A stretch of DNA of 64,000 nt from an uncultured Armatimonadetes bacterium (GCA_963717145.1 OY970325.1:768001-832000), one strand, 5' to 3'. Positions 10,155 to 20,096 are shown, numbered from the stretch's first letter. Translations and numbers: made by a program. The notes: a model not told the origin generated them from the sequence alone.

Positions 10155-12281
10155 CTAGGGAAGTGATTCGGCCCGCTCTATCATCTCCATCTGCTCTTCA
10201 GGCGAGAGGTGAACGAACAGAGCGTTGAAGCCGGCAATGCGTACCAGCAGATCACCGTGCAGCTCCGGGTGCGTTTGGGCGTCCCGGAGCTGCACGGCGT
10301 TCAGGAATGCGATCTGAAGTTCCTGGCCGCCGTTTGAGAAGAACGCGTCGACCATCGCGGTCAGATTGTCCGCGTCAGGCGCGCTGCCCTTTGCCAGCGT
10401 GAGATTCAGGTTGTAGCCGCCCGCCCAGAACTCCGCGGGCCGGAGCTTCATCACGCTCTTCAGGAGCGCGGTCGGCCCCTTAGCGCTCATTCCGCCCGGC
10501 GGACCGATGCTGTCGGCGAGAGGCGTGAAGGCAAGCCGGCCGTCGGGAGTCGCCTCGATCTTCTTTCCCTCGACATGGTGCAGGCTGCGGACCACATGGC
10601 AGTTCACGTGCCTCTCTGATCCGATCTCCTGCTCGATCTCCCTGACCACCTGTCTGCGCATCTCCAGCAGTTCGACCGCCCACTTATCGGCACGCTCGTC
10701 ATCATTTCCCCACTTCGGGGCGGCCAGAATCTGGGCGCGAACGGCGGGGTCCTCGTAGTTCGCCCGCAGCGCGGATCGAATATCATCCAGGGTGAGTCTC
10801 TTCTCGCGTAACACCGTGTGCTCGATCGCCGCCAGACCATTGACCGCGTTCGTGAACCCTCGCTCCATGAGCCCCGGCAGGTTGTAGCGCATGTGGACGT
10901 GCATGTCGCATCCGTTGGCGACACAGCCGTCCATCAGCGCTGAAGTGAACGGGGTCGGCACGCGATCGGCGGACTTCGGCCACCAGATCATACGGTTCTT
11001 GAGCATGGGCGACAGGCGGGCGTTCATGGCGGCTCGAAGTCTGTCGGACAAGTCGGACATGTCTGACAGGTCGGACGAGTCGGAGAGGAGCACCTCTCCC
11101 AGAACGACCGCGCAGTTGAGCGTCGGTCCGGTTGCCGAACTCGCGAGCCGTCCGGGGATTCCAAGCTCATTGCACCCGATCACGCAGTAGTCCCAGGCGT
11201 CCTCCTCGGCGACTCCGGCTCGGATGAAGCCCTCAGCAGTCTGCTCATCACCGATCAGCAGCGGCATGCTCAGGCCGTCGGAGAGCAACTCGATCGCCCG
11301 CGCCTTGACGCGGGTATCGATACGGTCGTGCCAGCGGATGAAGAGATGCGGGTCGGGCATCCGGATGAGGTCGCAGGCATCGAGGAATCGCAGGGTGAGT
11401 TCGTTGCAGCGGTCGTTTCCCTCGTGATCGAGCCCGCCGAGAGTGATCGCCTGGGTCTTGGAGTGGCTTCCCCAGAGCGAGTTGGCCGAAATCTTGAGCA
11501 GGAAGGCCGCCAGGAGATCGGCGGTCTCAGCAGCGCCATCGTAATAAGGCCGCAGGATACGATCGAGCAGGCCGAGCGAGACCGAATAGCCGTGGCCTTC
11601 AATATGGATCGCCAGGTGGACGAGCGCGATCGCCTGGAGAGCGTCGAAGAGGGTCCGAGCCGGTTTGGCAGGAACGCGGCGGCATGCGTCCGCCACTCGC
11701 AGGAGTGCGTTCTTGACGTGCGGATCCGTCGCCTCCTGAGCCGTGATCAGGGCCGCGTCGGAGTATCGGTTCGCCCACCGGGTCACCGCCTCGCACGAGA
11801 TGACCATCGACTCCCGATAATCGGAGGTCTCGTATGATCGGGCCTCTGCGATAATACCCTCGAGGCCCTCGGTCAGCACTCGCCCCATGTCGACCGCGAG
11901 GTGGCCGGTACCCGCTCCTCCGCCGACCGATCGATCCGCCCAGAATTCCCGAAGGTCATCGGGGATGGCGTCGCCATCCATGAATCCGTCGAGTTCGGGA
12001 TGCTCCTGGAGCGCCTGGTTCGGCACGACGAACCCGTGCTCAGGGATGAGCATCCACGCGCGCGGGCGGCTCGACGTGTTGCCTGCGAACACGGGGTTGG
12101 TCTGCAGATCGAGGGTCATGTTGTCGAGGATGTGGGCGAAGGTCCTGGCGCGGCACAGGGCGATCGGTTCGTCGCCGAAACGCTGATAGCCCTCCGTCGC
12201 GAGGCGTGCCCGCTCGAGGCAGACGGTGTCCGGAGTAGATACCAGCAGTTCCCTGGTTCTGCGGATGAGGTCAAGCATCAT
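10155..12281 (-). CDS. Glycyl-radical enzyme (PFL superfamily, non-PFL type), substrate unknown
   Basis: C-terminal LLVRIAGF Gly loop, IGCNE Cys loop, APKWGNDD, ATPDGR. Confidence 0.85.
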   Translation of the reverse strand: MMLDLIRRTRELLVSTPDTVCLERARLATEGYQRFGDEPIALCRARTFAHILDNMTLDLQTNPVFAGNTSSRPRAWMLIPEHGFVVPNQALQEHPELDGFMDGDAIPDDLREFWADRSVGGGAGTGHLAVDMGRVLTEGLEGIIAEARSYETSDYRESMVISCEAVTRWANRYSDAALITAQEATDPHVKNALLRVADACRRVPAKPARTLFDALQAIALVHLAIHIEGHGYSVSLGLLDRILRPYYDGAAETADLLAAFLLKISANSLWGSHSKTQAITLGGLDHEGNDRCNELTLRFLDACDLIRMPDPHLFIRWHDRIDTRVKARAIELLSDGLSMPLLIGDEQTAEGFIRAGVAEEDAWDYCVIGCNELGIPGRLASSATGPTLNCAVVLGEVLLSDSSDLSDMSDLSDRLRAAMNARLSPMLKNRMIWWPKSADRVPTPFTSALMDGCVANGCDMHVHMRYNLPGLMERGFTNAVNGLAAIEHTVLREKRLTLDDIRSALRANYEDPAVRAQILAAPKWGNDDERADKWAVELLEMRRQVVREIEQEIGSERHVNCHVVRSLHHVEGKKIEATPDGRLAFTPLADSIGPPGGMSAKGPTALLKSVMKLRPAEFWAGGYNLNLTLAKGSAPDADNLTAMVDAFFSNGGQELQIAFLNAVQLRDAQTHPELHGDLLVRIAGFNALFVHLSPEEQMEMIERAESLP
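11043..11087. repeat. Five 9-nt tandem repeats (GTCGGACnn) in frame inside the GRE gene
   Basis: gtcggacaa gtcggacat gtctgacag gtcggacga gtcggagag, encoding SDSSDLSDMSDLSD. Confidence 0.8.
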
Positions 12282-12321
12282 CAGCCGTCCCCATGAGTCA
12301 CACGGGTCGCATTCATGCACG

Positions 12322-12360
12322 AAAAAGGGCCGGCGTCGGAACATCCCGGCGTCGGCCCTC
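12322..12360 (-). terminator. Intrinsic terminator
   Basis: Minus strand agggccgacgccgg...ccgacgccggccct followed by TTTT, just after the 12376 stop. Confidence 0.65.
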
Positions 12361-12375
12361 AGATGAATCTTCCTG

Positions 12376-13309
12376 CTACCTGACCGGCGCTGTGCCGACC
12401 ACGATGTCTCCAATCTTCAGCGGTCCACCGGCCTCATATACTATCGTTGGCATCTCAGTGTTTCCTGGCACCGTCTGCGCGTGGATGAAGAACTCGTCCG
12501 GCACAGGAATCGGGGAGGCGAGCATCGAGTTGTCGACCACACGCACCTCAATCACCGCCGGCCGCCCATTGAAAGTGCCTCTGCCTGCGAAGACGGCGGT
12601 GTGGGCATCCACCGCGAGCTTCTCGACCTTCGGCATCTGGATGCGTACCAAGGGCTGGATCACTGTCGGCGTCGGAGCCAGCAGGGGGCTGATCTCGGCG
12701 TACATCAGTCCTCCATCGATCATCCCTCTTATGCTGCTCGCGGAGAACTGGAATTTCCCATACGTCGCGTTCTTCACGGCGATCATTCCTGCGCCCTTAG
12801 CGAACATGTTGGGAGGAGGCGGCTGGCTGAACACGACTATGTCGCCCTTAATGACGCCGCCCGATCTGTCGAAGATGATCGTCGCGGGCCCGAGCGGCTG
12901 AGCGGTAATATGGAACCAGTCGCCGCTGGGATTGTCGTCCAGCGCCTCGATAGTGAGGTTCGCGGGCCTTCCATTCCAGGTCCCAACGGCCTTGATGACG
13001 GCGAAGTTGCCCTCGATCTTCATCTCGGTGATGGCTTTTGTGGCGATGAAAGTGGCTCTTCGGATGGTGGGACTCGCCTCTTTGTACTGAAACCCTCCGT
13101 AGAGGCTCCCGCCGGCGCTCCACACGTTGATGTCGAACATTCCGACGGCCCCCTGAACGCCCGGGATTGCGCCCAGTACCACGGACTCCCTGCTCCGGCT
13201 CGGGCAGGATCGGCGGCGGTGGTGGGGGGGTCTGGGCGAAAGATGCGGCCCCACATGCGACTGTCACCATTACAGCCGCCAGCAGAATAAGGATCGCGCG
13301 CTTCTGCAT
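12376..13309 (-). CDS. Secreted protein with two tandem beta-rich repeats (post-COAP-1-like); frameshift near 13172
   Basis: Signal peptide MQKRAILILL...AQ and poly-Pro in one frame; the other frame has two repeats sharing G.GT(W/F)NGRPA...D.F.I.AQ...G...KGDIVV/IGDIVV. Confidence 0.65.
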
Positions 13310-13367
13310 GACTGATACCTCCTCTTCCAAGATCGCAAAGACGGTGGTTCGGGGAAAACTTGATCTG

Positions 13368-13396
13368 ATATTACACCCGGTAGGTTTATCTGTCAA
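13368..13396 (-). promoter_or_regulatory. Sigma70-type promoter
   Basis: Minus strand TTGACA-17 nt-TAATAT. Confidence 0.5.
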
Positions 13397-13536
13397 CAGG
13401 TTTCTGGAATGCCGGGCGACATATTATTATACCCAGCGGCTGAGGATTATACGCTTGGTTCTCGCAGAATGACGACAAGATCGCCGACTTTGGCGTATAA
13501 TGGTTGGCAAGTCAGTTTGTTTTGGGGAGGTATCGT

Positions 13537-14412
13537 ATGCGGTCACGTATTCTGTTGTTCCTGTTCGTCCTGGGAGTCGTATTGTCATCCGCGGCGCTCT
13601 ATGCGGCGGAGGCCGATTCCTCGATTCCTGTCTATCCCGGAAACAAGGTGGAGTTCGAGTTGAACCTCACCCAGAAGGATTTTCTTCCGGTGATCCGCCA
13701 GTGGATTGGACTCATTCCCGGAGTGGTCGGCAAGATCCTGGCTACACCCGAACCGGGCCAGCAGCCGGATCCCGAGATGCAGCAGGCCCTCGCAGTTGGT
13801 GCACAGGCGGCCAGAGAACTGCAAGCGGCGTTCGCAGGGGTGAATCAGATCTCCGTCATTGTATATCCCCAGCCAATGCAGGTATCGGCTGACGAGGTCG
13901 GTGCTTTCTATGTTAAGCAGATGGCGCTCGGCACAGGATGGACCAGACCGGTTATGGTCCGGCGGAAGGAGGGCTCAGTGCAACTATACGTGAAGCCCGA
14001 TCTCGCCGGGATGTTCGGTATCGCCGTAGGGAAGGGCTATGTCGTCGCCGCTAAGGTGGATGGCAAGATCGACCTGGTCGTGTTCGGCAGGATCTTCGCG
14101 GAACTCGCGCCGATCATCGGCATGCACAGCAGGGTCAATGTCGGCGGCGAGCCGGCCCAGGGGCCGAACGAGGATCCCCAGCCGACTTTGACCGCAGGAT
14201 ACCAGGTCGCGCTCGAGGATGTCGGTCCGCAGAGGGTGCGCGTCCTGGCAGTCATTCGTGAGGTGACCGGTATGTCGCCGACCGAGGCGCGTGAGTTCGT
14301 CCAGTCGCTCCCTCAGCCGCTGAAGACCGGTCTCTCCGAGGCCGATGCGCAAGAACTGGCGACGCGTCTGGAATCGATGGGCGCGACCGTCAGCGTTGCG
14401 AGTTCCGAATAG
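13537..14412 (+). CDS. Exported protein with C-terminal ribosomal L7/L12-like domain
   Basis: Signal peptide ending ALYA; C-terminus YQVALEDVGPQRVRVLAVIREVTGMSPTEAREFV...GLSEADAQELATRLESMGATV; GGAGG RBS. Confidence 0.75.
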   Translation: MRSRILLFLFVLGVVLSSAALYAAEADSSIPVYPGNKVEFELNLTQKDFLPVIRQWIGLIPGVVGKILATPEPGQQPDPEMQQALAVGAQAARELQAAFAGVNQISVIVYPQPMQVSADEVGAFYVKQMALGTGWTRPVMVRRKEGSVQLYVKPDLAGMFGIAVGKGYVVAAKVDGKIDLVVFGRIFAELAPIIGMHSRVNVGGEPAQGPNEDPQPTLTAGYQVALEDVGPQRVRVLAVIREVTGMSPTEAREFVQSLPQPLKTGLSEADAQELATRLESMGATVSVASSE

Positions 14413-14432
14413 ATGAGCGAAGGAGGTGCAGC

Positions 14433-15650
14433 ATGACGGATAACAAGGGATTGAGCAGGCGTGATTTCCTCAAGGGGTCGGCGGCGGCGGTCGGCCTGGG
14501 GATGATAGGGACGGGATCGGCGATGGCGGCCCCTCGTGTCATCGGCGCGAACGACAGGATCATGCTCGGCGTTATCGGCTGCGGCAACAAGGGAACGAAT
14601 CACCTCAACAACCTCATCAAGAATGACAAGGTGACCGTCGTCGCCATATCGGACATCTACCAGGCCAGGAAGGACCGCGCGACGGGGATATGTGGCGGCG
14701 AGATCCATCACGACTACCGCAAGCTCCTCGAACGCAAGGACATCGACGGAGTGGTGATCGCGACTCCCGACCACTGGCACGCAAAGATGGCGACCGACGC
14801 GATGGAGGCCGGCAAGGACATCTACCTCGAGAAGCCCATGACCTATACCTGGGAGGAAGCCAAAGAGGTAGTGTCCGTCGTCAACCGCACGAAGCGAGTG
14901 CTGCAGGTCGGCGCACAGTCGTGCTCCCAGGACCAGTGGTGGAAGGCGAACAAGCTCATCAAGGACGGCGCGATCGGCAAGGTCCTCTGGACGACCTCCA
15001 GCTACAGCCGGAACTCGACCCGCGGCGAGTGGAACTATGGGATCGACGAGGGCGCGAATCCCGACAACCTCGATTGGAAGGCATGGCTCGGGTCCGCTCC
15101 CCAGAGGCCGTTTGACAGGGAGCGATACTTCCGCTGGCGCAAGTATTGGGACTATTCGGGTGGCATCGCGACCGACTTGTTCTATCACCAACTCTCACAC
15201 TTGCAGATCGCCCTCGGCCCGGAGTTTCCGAAGCGCGTCTCGGCGGGCGGCGGGATCTACGTTCAGCACGACCGCGATGTGCCGGACACTTTCCATATGA
15301 TTATCGACTATCCGAGCGATCACTCGATCGTGCTCACCTCGTCGATGGCGAACAGGCAGGGCGCCCCCGAATTGATTCGCGGTCACGAGGCGACGATGTA
15401 CTTCGAGAGCCCGGGCGTTGTCGTTCGGCCCGAGGACGAGTTCAAGGAGCAGCGGCAGGAGGTCAAGGTGGCGGTCGAACCTCGGGCGTCGCACATGGAC
15501 AATTGGCTGGAGTGCATCCGCACACGCAACAAGCCGACCCTCGACGCCGAGACGGCGTACAAGATCATGGTTGCGATCGCACTCGGCGTGCAGTCCTACC
15601 GCAAAGAGCAGGTCATGAAGTTCGACCCCCAGAAGGAGAGGGTCATCTAG
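14433..15650 (+). CDS. Gfo/Idh/MocA oxidoreductase, Tat-exported
   Basis: SRRDFLK twin-Arg, GVIGCG, ATPDHWH, YLEKP, YWDYSGG. Confidence 0.92.
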   Translation: MTDNKGLSRRDFLKGSAAAVGLGMIGTGSAMAAPRVIGANDRIMLGVIGCGNKGTNHLNNLIKNDKVTVVAISDIYQARKDRATGICGGEIHHDYRKLLERKDIDGVVIATPDHWHAKMATDAMEAGKDIYLEKPMTYTWEEAKEVVSVVNRTKRVLQVGAQSCSQDQWWKANKLIKDGAIGKVLWTTSSYSRNSTRGEWNYGIDEGANPDNLDWKAWLGSAPQRPFDRERYFRWRKYWDYSGGIATDLFYHQLSHLQIALGPEFPKRVSAGGGIYVQHDRDVPDTFHMIIDYPSDHSIVLTSSMANRQGAPELIRGHEATMYFESPGVVVRPEDEFKEQRQEVKVAVEPRASHMDNWLECIRTRNKPTLDAETAYKIMVAIALGVQSYRKEQVMKFDPQKERVI

Positions 15651-15672
15651 TACCCAGGTTCCGATGCTATGA

Positions 15673-15768
15673 GAAGGAAAACGCTGTTGGGGATGGAGTT
15701 GGACTCCATCCCCTCCGCTCAGTCACCGGGGATGGAGTCCAACTCCATCCCCAACAGCGTTTTCTTTC
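15673..15768. repeat. REPIN-like doublet of 41-nt inverted arms, each internally palindromic
   Basis: gaaggaaaacgctgttggggatggagttggactccatcccc and its near-perfect reverse complement. Confidence 0.85.
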
Positions 15769-15780
15769 CCGCAGTATCGG

Positions 15781-15808
15781 AAAGCGGCGTCAAGCCGCCG
15801 CACTCCAC
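15781..15808. repeat. Single arm of the GGAGTGCGG/CCGCACTCC palindrome family
   Basis: aaagcggcgtcaagccgccgcactcca; same terminal motif as 34283-34350 and 58003-58094. Confidence 0.65.
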
Positions 15809-15816
15809 AAGCAGTC

Positions 15817-16752
15817 ATGGACATACCGATCATCATCCGCATGAAGCGCCAGGCGATGAACTGCGAGTTCGAACTCGTGCTGTCCGGGCACGATCGCCAG
15901 TACCTCCTGGATGCCGGTGAGGAAGCCTTCGAGGAGCTTGCCCGGCTCGAGGAGCAGTTGAGCGTCTTCATCCCGACGAGCGACGTATCCGATATCAACG
16001 CCCACGCCTCTCGAGGGCCGGTGCGGGTCGATCCCCGGCTGTTCGATCTGCTCGCGATGGCTTATCGAGTGAGCGCTGAGACAGGTGGCGCATTCGATGT
16101 TTCCGCCGGACCGCTCGTTCAGCGATGGACCGCCGGCCGCGAAGGTTTCTGCCTTCCGACTTCGGAGGAGATCGAGCGGCTGCTCTCGAATGTTGGTATG
16201 GAGCACGTGCGTCTCGATGACGCCGAACATACCGCGGAGTTCGACCGCCCCGGCATGGCGCTGAACCTGGGGGCGATGGGCAAGGGGTATGCGGTCGGAG
16301 AGATGGCAAGCCTCCTGCGCGACCGGGGCATTGAGTCCGGTCTGGTGAGCGGCGGATCGAGCACGGTGTACGCCATCGGTCATCAGCCTGAGGCCGATGC
16401 ATGGACGGTCGGTGTGATCAATCCGTCCGAGCGCACGGAGCGGCTCACAACGGTGAGGTTGAGGGATCAGGCGCTCTCCACGTCGGGCGGCCACGAGCGG
16501 TTCGTAGAGGTGGACGGCGTCCGGTACAGCCATGTGATCGACCCGCGAACCGGCTGCCCGGCGGACGATCTGCTGATCGCCAGCGCGGTCACGTCCGATG
16601 CGGCCGAGAGCGATGCGCTCTCAACCGCGTTCCTGGTCCTCGGGATCGAAGGAACGCGCGAGTATTGCGATTCACACGCCGATGTGGGCGCTCTCCTGGT
16701 CCCCCGGCCCGCGCCGGGATCGGAGATCGAGATCATCCGAATCGGCATCTAG
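15817..16752 (+). CDS. apbE: FAD:protein FMN transferase (ApbE family), no signal peptide
   Basis: TGGAFDVSAGPL, LNLGAMGKGY, ALSTSG, YSHVIDPRTG, SDALSTA. Confidence 0.92.
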   Translation: MDIPIIIRMKRQAMNCEFELVLSGHDRQYLLDAGEEAFEELARLEEQLSVFIPTSDVSDINAHASRGPVRVDPRLFDLLAMAYRVSAETGGAFDVSAGPLVQRWTAGREGFCLPTSEEIERLLSNVGMEHVRLDDAEHTAEFDRPGMALNLGAMGKGYAVGEMASLLRDRGIESGLVSGGSSTVYAIGHQPEADAWTVGVINPSERTERLTTVRLRDQALSTSGGHERFVEVDGVRYSHVIDPRTGCPADDLLIASAVTSDAAESDALSTAFLVLGIEGTREYCDSHADVGALLVPRPAPGSEIEIIRIGI

Positions 16753-16755
16753 CAA

Positions 16756-16822
16756 TGTAGTGGCCGTGCCTCTGTGCCGGCCAGCGAGGTAGCTTGGCCG
16801 GCACAGAGGCACGGCCACTACA
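16756..16822. repeat. REPIN (family B, GTAGTGGCCGTGCC)
   Basis: gtagtggccgtgcctctgtgccggcca and its reverse complement; second copy at 24584-24648. Confidence 0.85.
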
Positions 16823-16845
16823 AGGACCACCTGGAGGTGTTTTCT

Positions 16846-18097
16846 ATGACTATTGATGATGGAGGCCTGAGCCGGAGAGATTTCATCAAGGGATCGGCGG
16901 CCGCCGTCGCAACCCTCGGCCTGGGATCGGGCGTATCCGCTCAGCAGGCCGACGTGCAGCAGATCAGATGTGGGTTCATCGGGACCGGCAGCGAGGGGGC
17001 GATGCTCCTCGGCAAGCTGGTCCGAATCCCGGGCGTGAAAGTGCCGGCCGTCTGCGATATCTACGAGCCGAACCTCAAGAAGGGCTTGAAGATCGCGGGA
17101 GGACTCGCTCGCGGGTACGACGACTACCGCCTGATGCTCGACCGCGATGACCTCGATGCGATCATGATCGCCACTCCGCTCTACCTGCATGCCCCGATGG
17201 CGATAGACGCAATGCAGGCGGGCAAGCACGTCTTCAGCGAGAAGATGATGGCCTACACTATCGACGACGCAAAGGCGATGCTACGAACCTCGAAGCAGAC
17301 CGGCAAGCTGCTTCAGATCGGTCATCAGCGCCGGTACAACGCCCTCTACAACCATGCCTACGAGCTCATCAAGCAGGGCGTGCTCGGCAAGATCACGCAT
17401 GTTCGCTGCATGTGGAACCGCAACGGAAGCTGGCGGCGCGCCGTGCCCGATCCCAAGTTCGAGCGGCTGATCAACTGGCGCATGTACAAGGACTGCTCGC
17501 GGGGACTCATGGCGGAGCTTGCCGAGCCATCAGACCCACGTCACCAACTGGTTCCTCGATGCTCTCCCTGTGTCCGTCATGGGCATGGGCGGCATCGACT
17601 ACTGGAAGGACGGCCGCGAGGTTTACGACAACGTCAACGTCATCTTCGAGTATCCTGAGGGCGTGAAGCTCTACTACCAGTCGCTCACGACCAATCAGTA
17701 CGACAACTGCTACGAGCAGTTCATGGGCGATAAGGGCACGCTGATGTTGTCCCCCGGCAAGGCTCAGCTCTTCAAGGAGCCGAAAGCCGAGGATCTGGCG
17801 TGGGGCAGTGCCGCTCATACGGAGACCGTTGGCGGCAAGGAAGCTATCCTGCTCGATGCCGACGTGACCGCCAAGCTCAAGGCACAGTCGGGCGAGGGCG
17901 AGCAGATCGCCGCTGCGGAGAAGAAAGACGACTACATGACCGAGCTTGAGAGCTTCATCGCCTGCATCAGAGAGGGCAAGCAGCCGGACTGCGACGGCCA
18001 GGAGGGCCTCGAGTCCGCGGCGACGTGCATCCTCGCGAACGACGCGATGGCGCAGGGCAAGAAGCTCTTCTACAAGCCCGAGATGTTCAAGGTCTAG
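16846..18097 (+). CDS. Gfo/Idh/MocA oxidoreductase, Tat-exported; frameshift near 17523
   Basis: SRRDFIK, GFIGTG, ATPLYLH, SEKMMA, LINWRMY...GLMAEL continuing as SHQ in ORF 17519-18097. Confidence 0.88.
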
Positions 18098-18127
18098 GAA
18101 TCCGCCTTTCCGAGAGAGAGGATAACA

Positions 18128-18817
18128 GTGCATTTGCGAGTCAGGACATTGGCGGCCATCGTGCTGTTGGCTATTGTGGCCGCAGTACCGGCGTTCGCAG
18201 GGCAGTTCATCAAGCCGAATGATCGAGTTGTGTTCCTCGGCGATAGCATCACGGCACAGAGGCTGTACACCAAGTACATCGAGGACTACTTTGCCGCATC
18301 CCGTCCCGAGATGAACGTTACGTTTGTGAACGCAGGTGTTGGCGGCGACCAGTCGAGTGCCGCTCTCGATCGAGTGCAGAAGGACGTTATCGATCAGAAG
18401 CCGACCGTTGTCACGATCAGCTTCGGGATGAATGATGCCATGTACAGGCGGACCGTTGACATGAAGGGACTCGAGACGTTCAAGGACGGACTGACCAAGC
18501 TGATCTCCACAATTCGCTCGCAGACGGATGCGCGCGTCGTACTGCTAACGGCCACCTGCGTCGATGACAACGGCCATGATTGGCTGAAGGGCTACAACAT
18601 CACGCTGTCACGCTTCGTCGCGGAGACGAAGAAGATCGCGGCGAAGGAAGGCATCCCGGTCATAGACCTGTTCCACCCCCTGCGCGCGGCACTGGCAATC
18701 GGGCGGCGCGCCGATGACACGTTCACACTGATTCCGGACGGTGTTCACCCGAACGAAGCCGGACATCGGATAATGGCTGATACGATCCTGCGGGCATGGG
18801 GCGAAAACCCTAAGTAA
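18128..18817 (+). CDS. Secreted SGNH/GDSL hydrolase (esterase)
   Basis: Signal peptide, GDSIT, NAGVGG, GMND, DGVHP. Confidence 0.92.
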   Translation: MHLRVRTLAAIVLLAIVAAVPAFAGQFIKPNDRVVFLGDSITAQRLYTKYIEDYFAASRPEMNVTFVNAGVGGDQSSAALDRVQKDVIDQKPTVVTISFGMNDAMYRRTVDMKGLETFKDGLTKLISTIRSQTDARVVLLTATCVDDNGHDWLKGYNITLSRFVAETKKIAAKEGIPVIDLFHPLRAALAIGRRADDTFTLIPDGVHPNEAGHRIMADTILRAWGENPK

Positions 18818-18857
18818 GGGGACCGCGCTGGCAGGATGTGACCTCGGAGGTGTATAT

Positions 18858-20060
18858 ATGTCGAATCTGCGTCTGATGCTTGGTATTCTGCTCACAGTCT
18901 GCTCGGCAGTCTGTCTCGCCTCCAACCTGGAGATCAAGGTCAAGCTGCTCCCCGAGCACTCGGGCGCGATCGTGCCGGTCATGGTGAAGGTGGATGCGGC
19001 TCGGATGGAGGGTGTCGATCCGGCACTGTACTGCATGAAGGATACCTCGTCGCCGAGACGTCTGCCGTTCCAGTACGACAAGGCCACCGGCACCCTCGAG
19101 TTCGCGGTCGACGTGCCCGAGATCACGAAGCCGACGACCAAAACATTCCGCCTCGTGCGCGAGTATCCGATATACGGTGACGGCCTCTGGGTCGACAGTG
19201 AGGAGAGCGGATCGCTCATCGTCAGGCAGGGAGACCTGCAGATCTTCGTCTACAACTACGCCTCGATGCTGCCGGCGGGCGTGCCCGAGCAGTATCGCAG
19301 GAGCTGCTACATCCACCCAGTCTTCGGTCCTCTTGGCGAGATGCTGACCGACGACTTCCCCAAGGACCACTACCATCACCGGGGCCTCTCCGTCATGTGG
19401 ACGCACGTGGTCGTCGGCGGAAAAGATCACGACCTCTGGGCGCTGAACGGCATGAAGCCGAGATTCAGCAAGGTCTTGGCCATGGAGGACGGCCCCGTCT
19501 ATTCGCTCCTCAAGGTGAACGACGGCTGGTACACGAGCGACTGCGTGCGGGTCGTCGATGAGACCTGGACCGTCAAGACCTACGCGTCGGGCGAATACGG
19601 TCGGATCGTCGATCTCGACATCCTTCTGAAGGCGGTAGATCAGCCGGTCTCCGTGAAGTCGTCGGATCGGGGATATGGCGGGCTCCAAGTCAGATTCGCG
19701 CCGAGGGAGAACACAGTCCTGTTCAGCGAGAAGGGCCGAGTCCCTCAGGACACCGACAAGGAGCCGTTCCTCTGGAACGATCTTTCGGCCAAGTTTCAGG
19801 GCGCCGAGGATGTGACCGGGCTGGCGATCTTCGACAATCCAGGCAACGTCCGGCATCCTCAGCCGTGGACCAACCGGTATTATGGTGTGCTCAATCCCGC
19901 GCCGGCTGCGATCGAGCCGATCACAATCACGAAGGATCAGCCGCTCCACCTGCGATACCGCGTCTGGATACACATCGGCGACGTGCAGTCGGGCAGGGTG
20001 GCGCAGGCGTACCAGGCGTATGCGCATCCACCGGTGGTGGAAGTGAGCAGTCAACGGTAA
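18858..20060 (+). CDS. Secreted DUF6807 ('PmoA family') protein
   Basis: Signal peptide; YIHPVFGP.G..LTDDFPKDHYHHRG; RGYGG. Confidence 0.8.
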   Translation: MSNLRLMLGILLTVCSAVCLASNLEIKVKLLPEHSGAIVPVMVKVDAARMEGVDPALYCMKDTSSPRRLPFQYDKATGTLEFAVDVPEITKPTTKTFRLVREYPIYGDGLWVDSEESGSLIVRQGDLQIFVYNYASMLPAGVPEQYRRSCYIHPVFGPLGEMLTDDFPKDHYHHRGLSVMWTHVVVGGKDHDLWALNGMKPRFSKVLAMEDGPVYSLLKVNDGWYTSDCVRVVDETWTVKTYASGEYGRIVDLDILLKAVDQPVSVKSSDRGYGGLQVRFAPRENTVLFSEKGRVPQDTDKEPFLWNDLSAKFQGAEDVTGLAIFDNPGNVRHPQPWTNRYYGVLNPAPAAIEPITITKDQPLHLRYRVWIHIGDVQSGRVAQAYQAYAHPPVVEVSSQR

Positions 20061-20067
20061 GAATCCC

Positions 20068-20096
20068 CTTGGCGTCCGTTGGCGTCTTGGCGGTTC
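20068..20096. repeat. Short TTGGCG tandem repeat element
   Basis: cttggcgtccgttggcgtcttggcggtt in an intergenic spacer. Confidence 0.45.

Noticed and set aside
10155-12281. True pyruvate formate-lyase (pflB)
   Set aside because: No adjacent Cys-Cys motif
13537-14412. rplL ribosomal gene
   Set aside because: Signal peptide, large extra domain, lost Lys motifs, no rplJ/rpoB context
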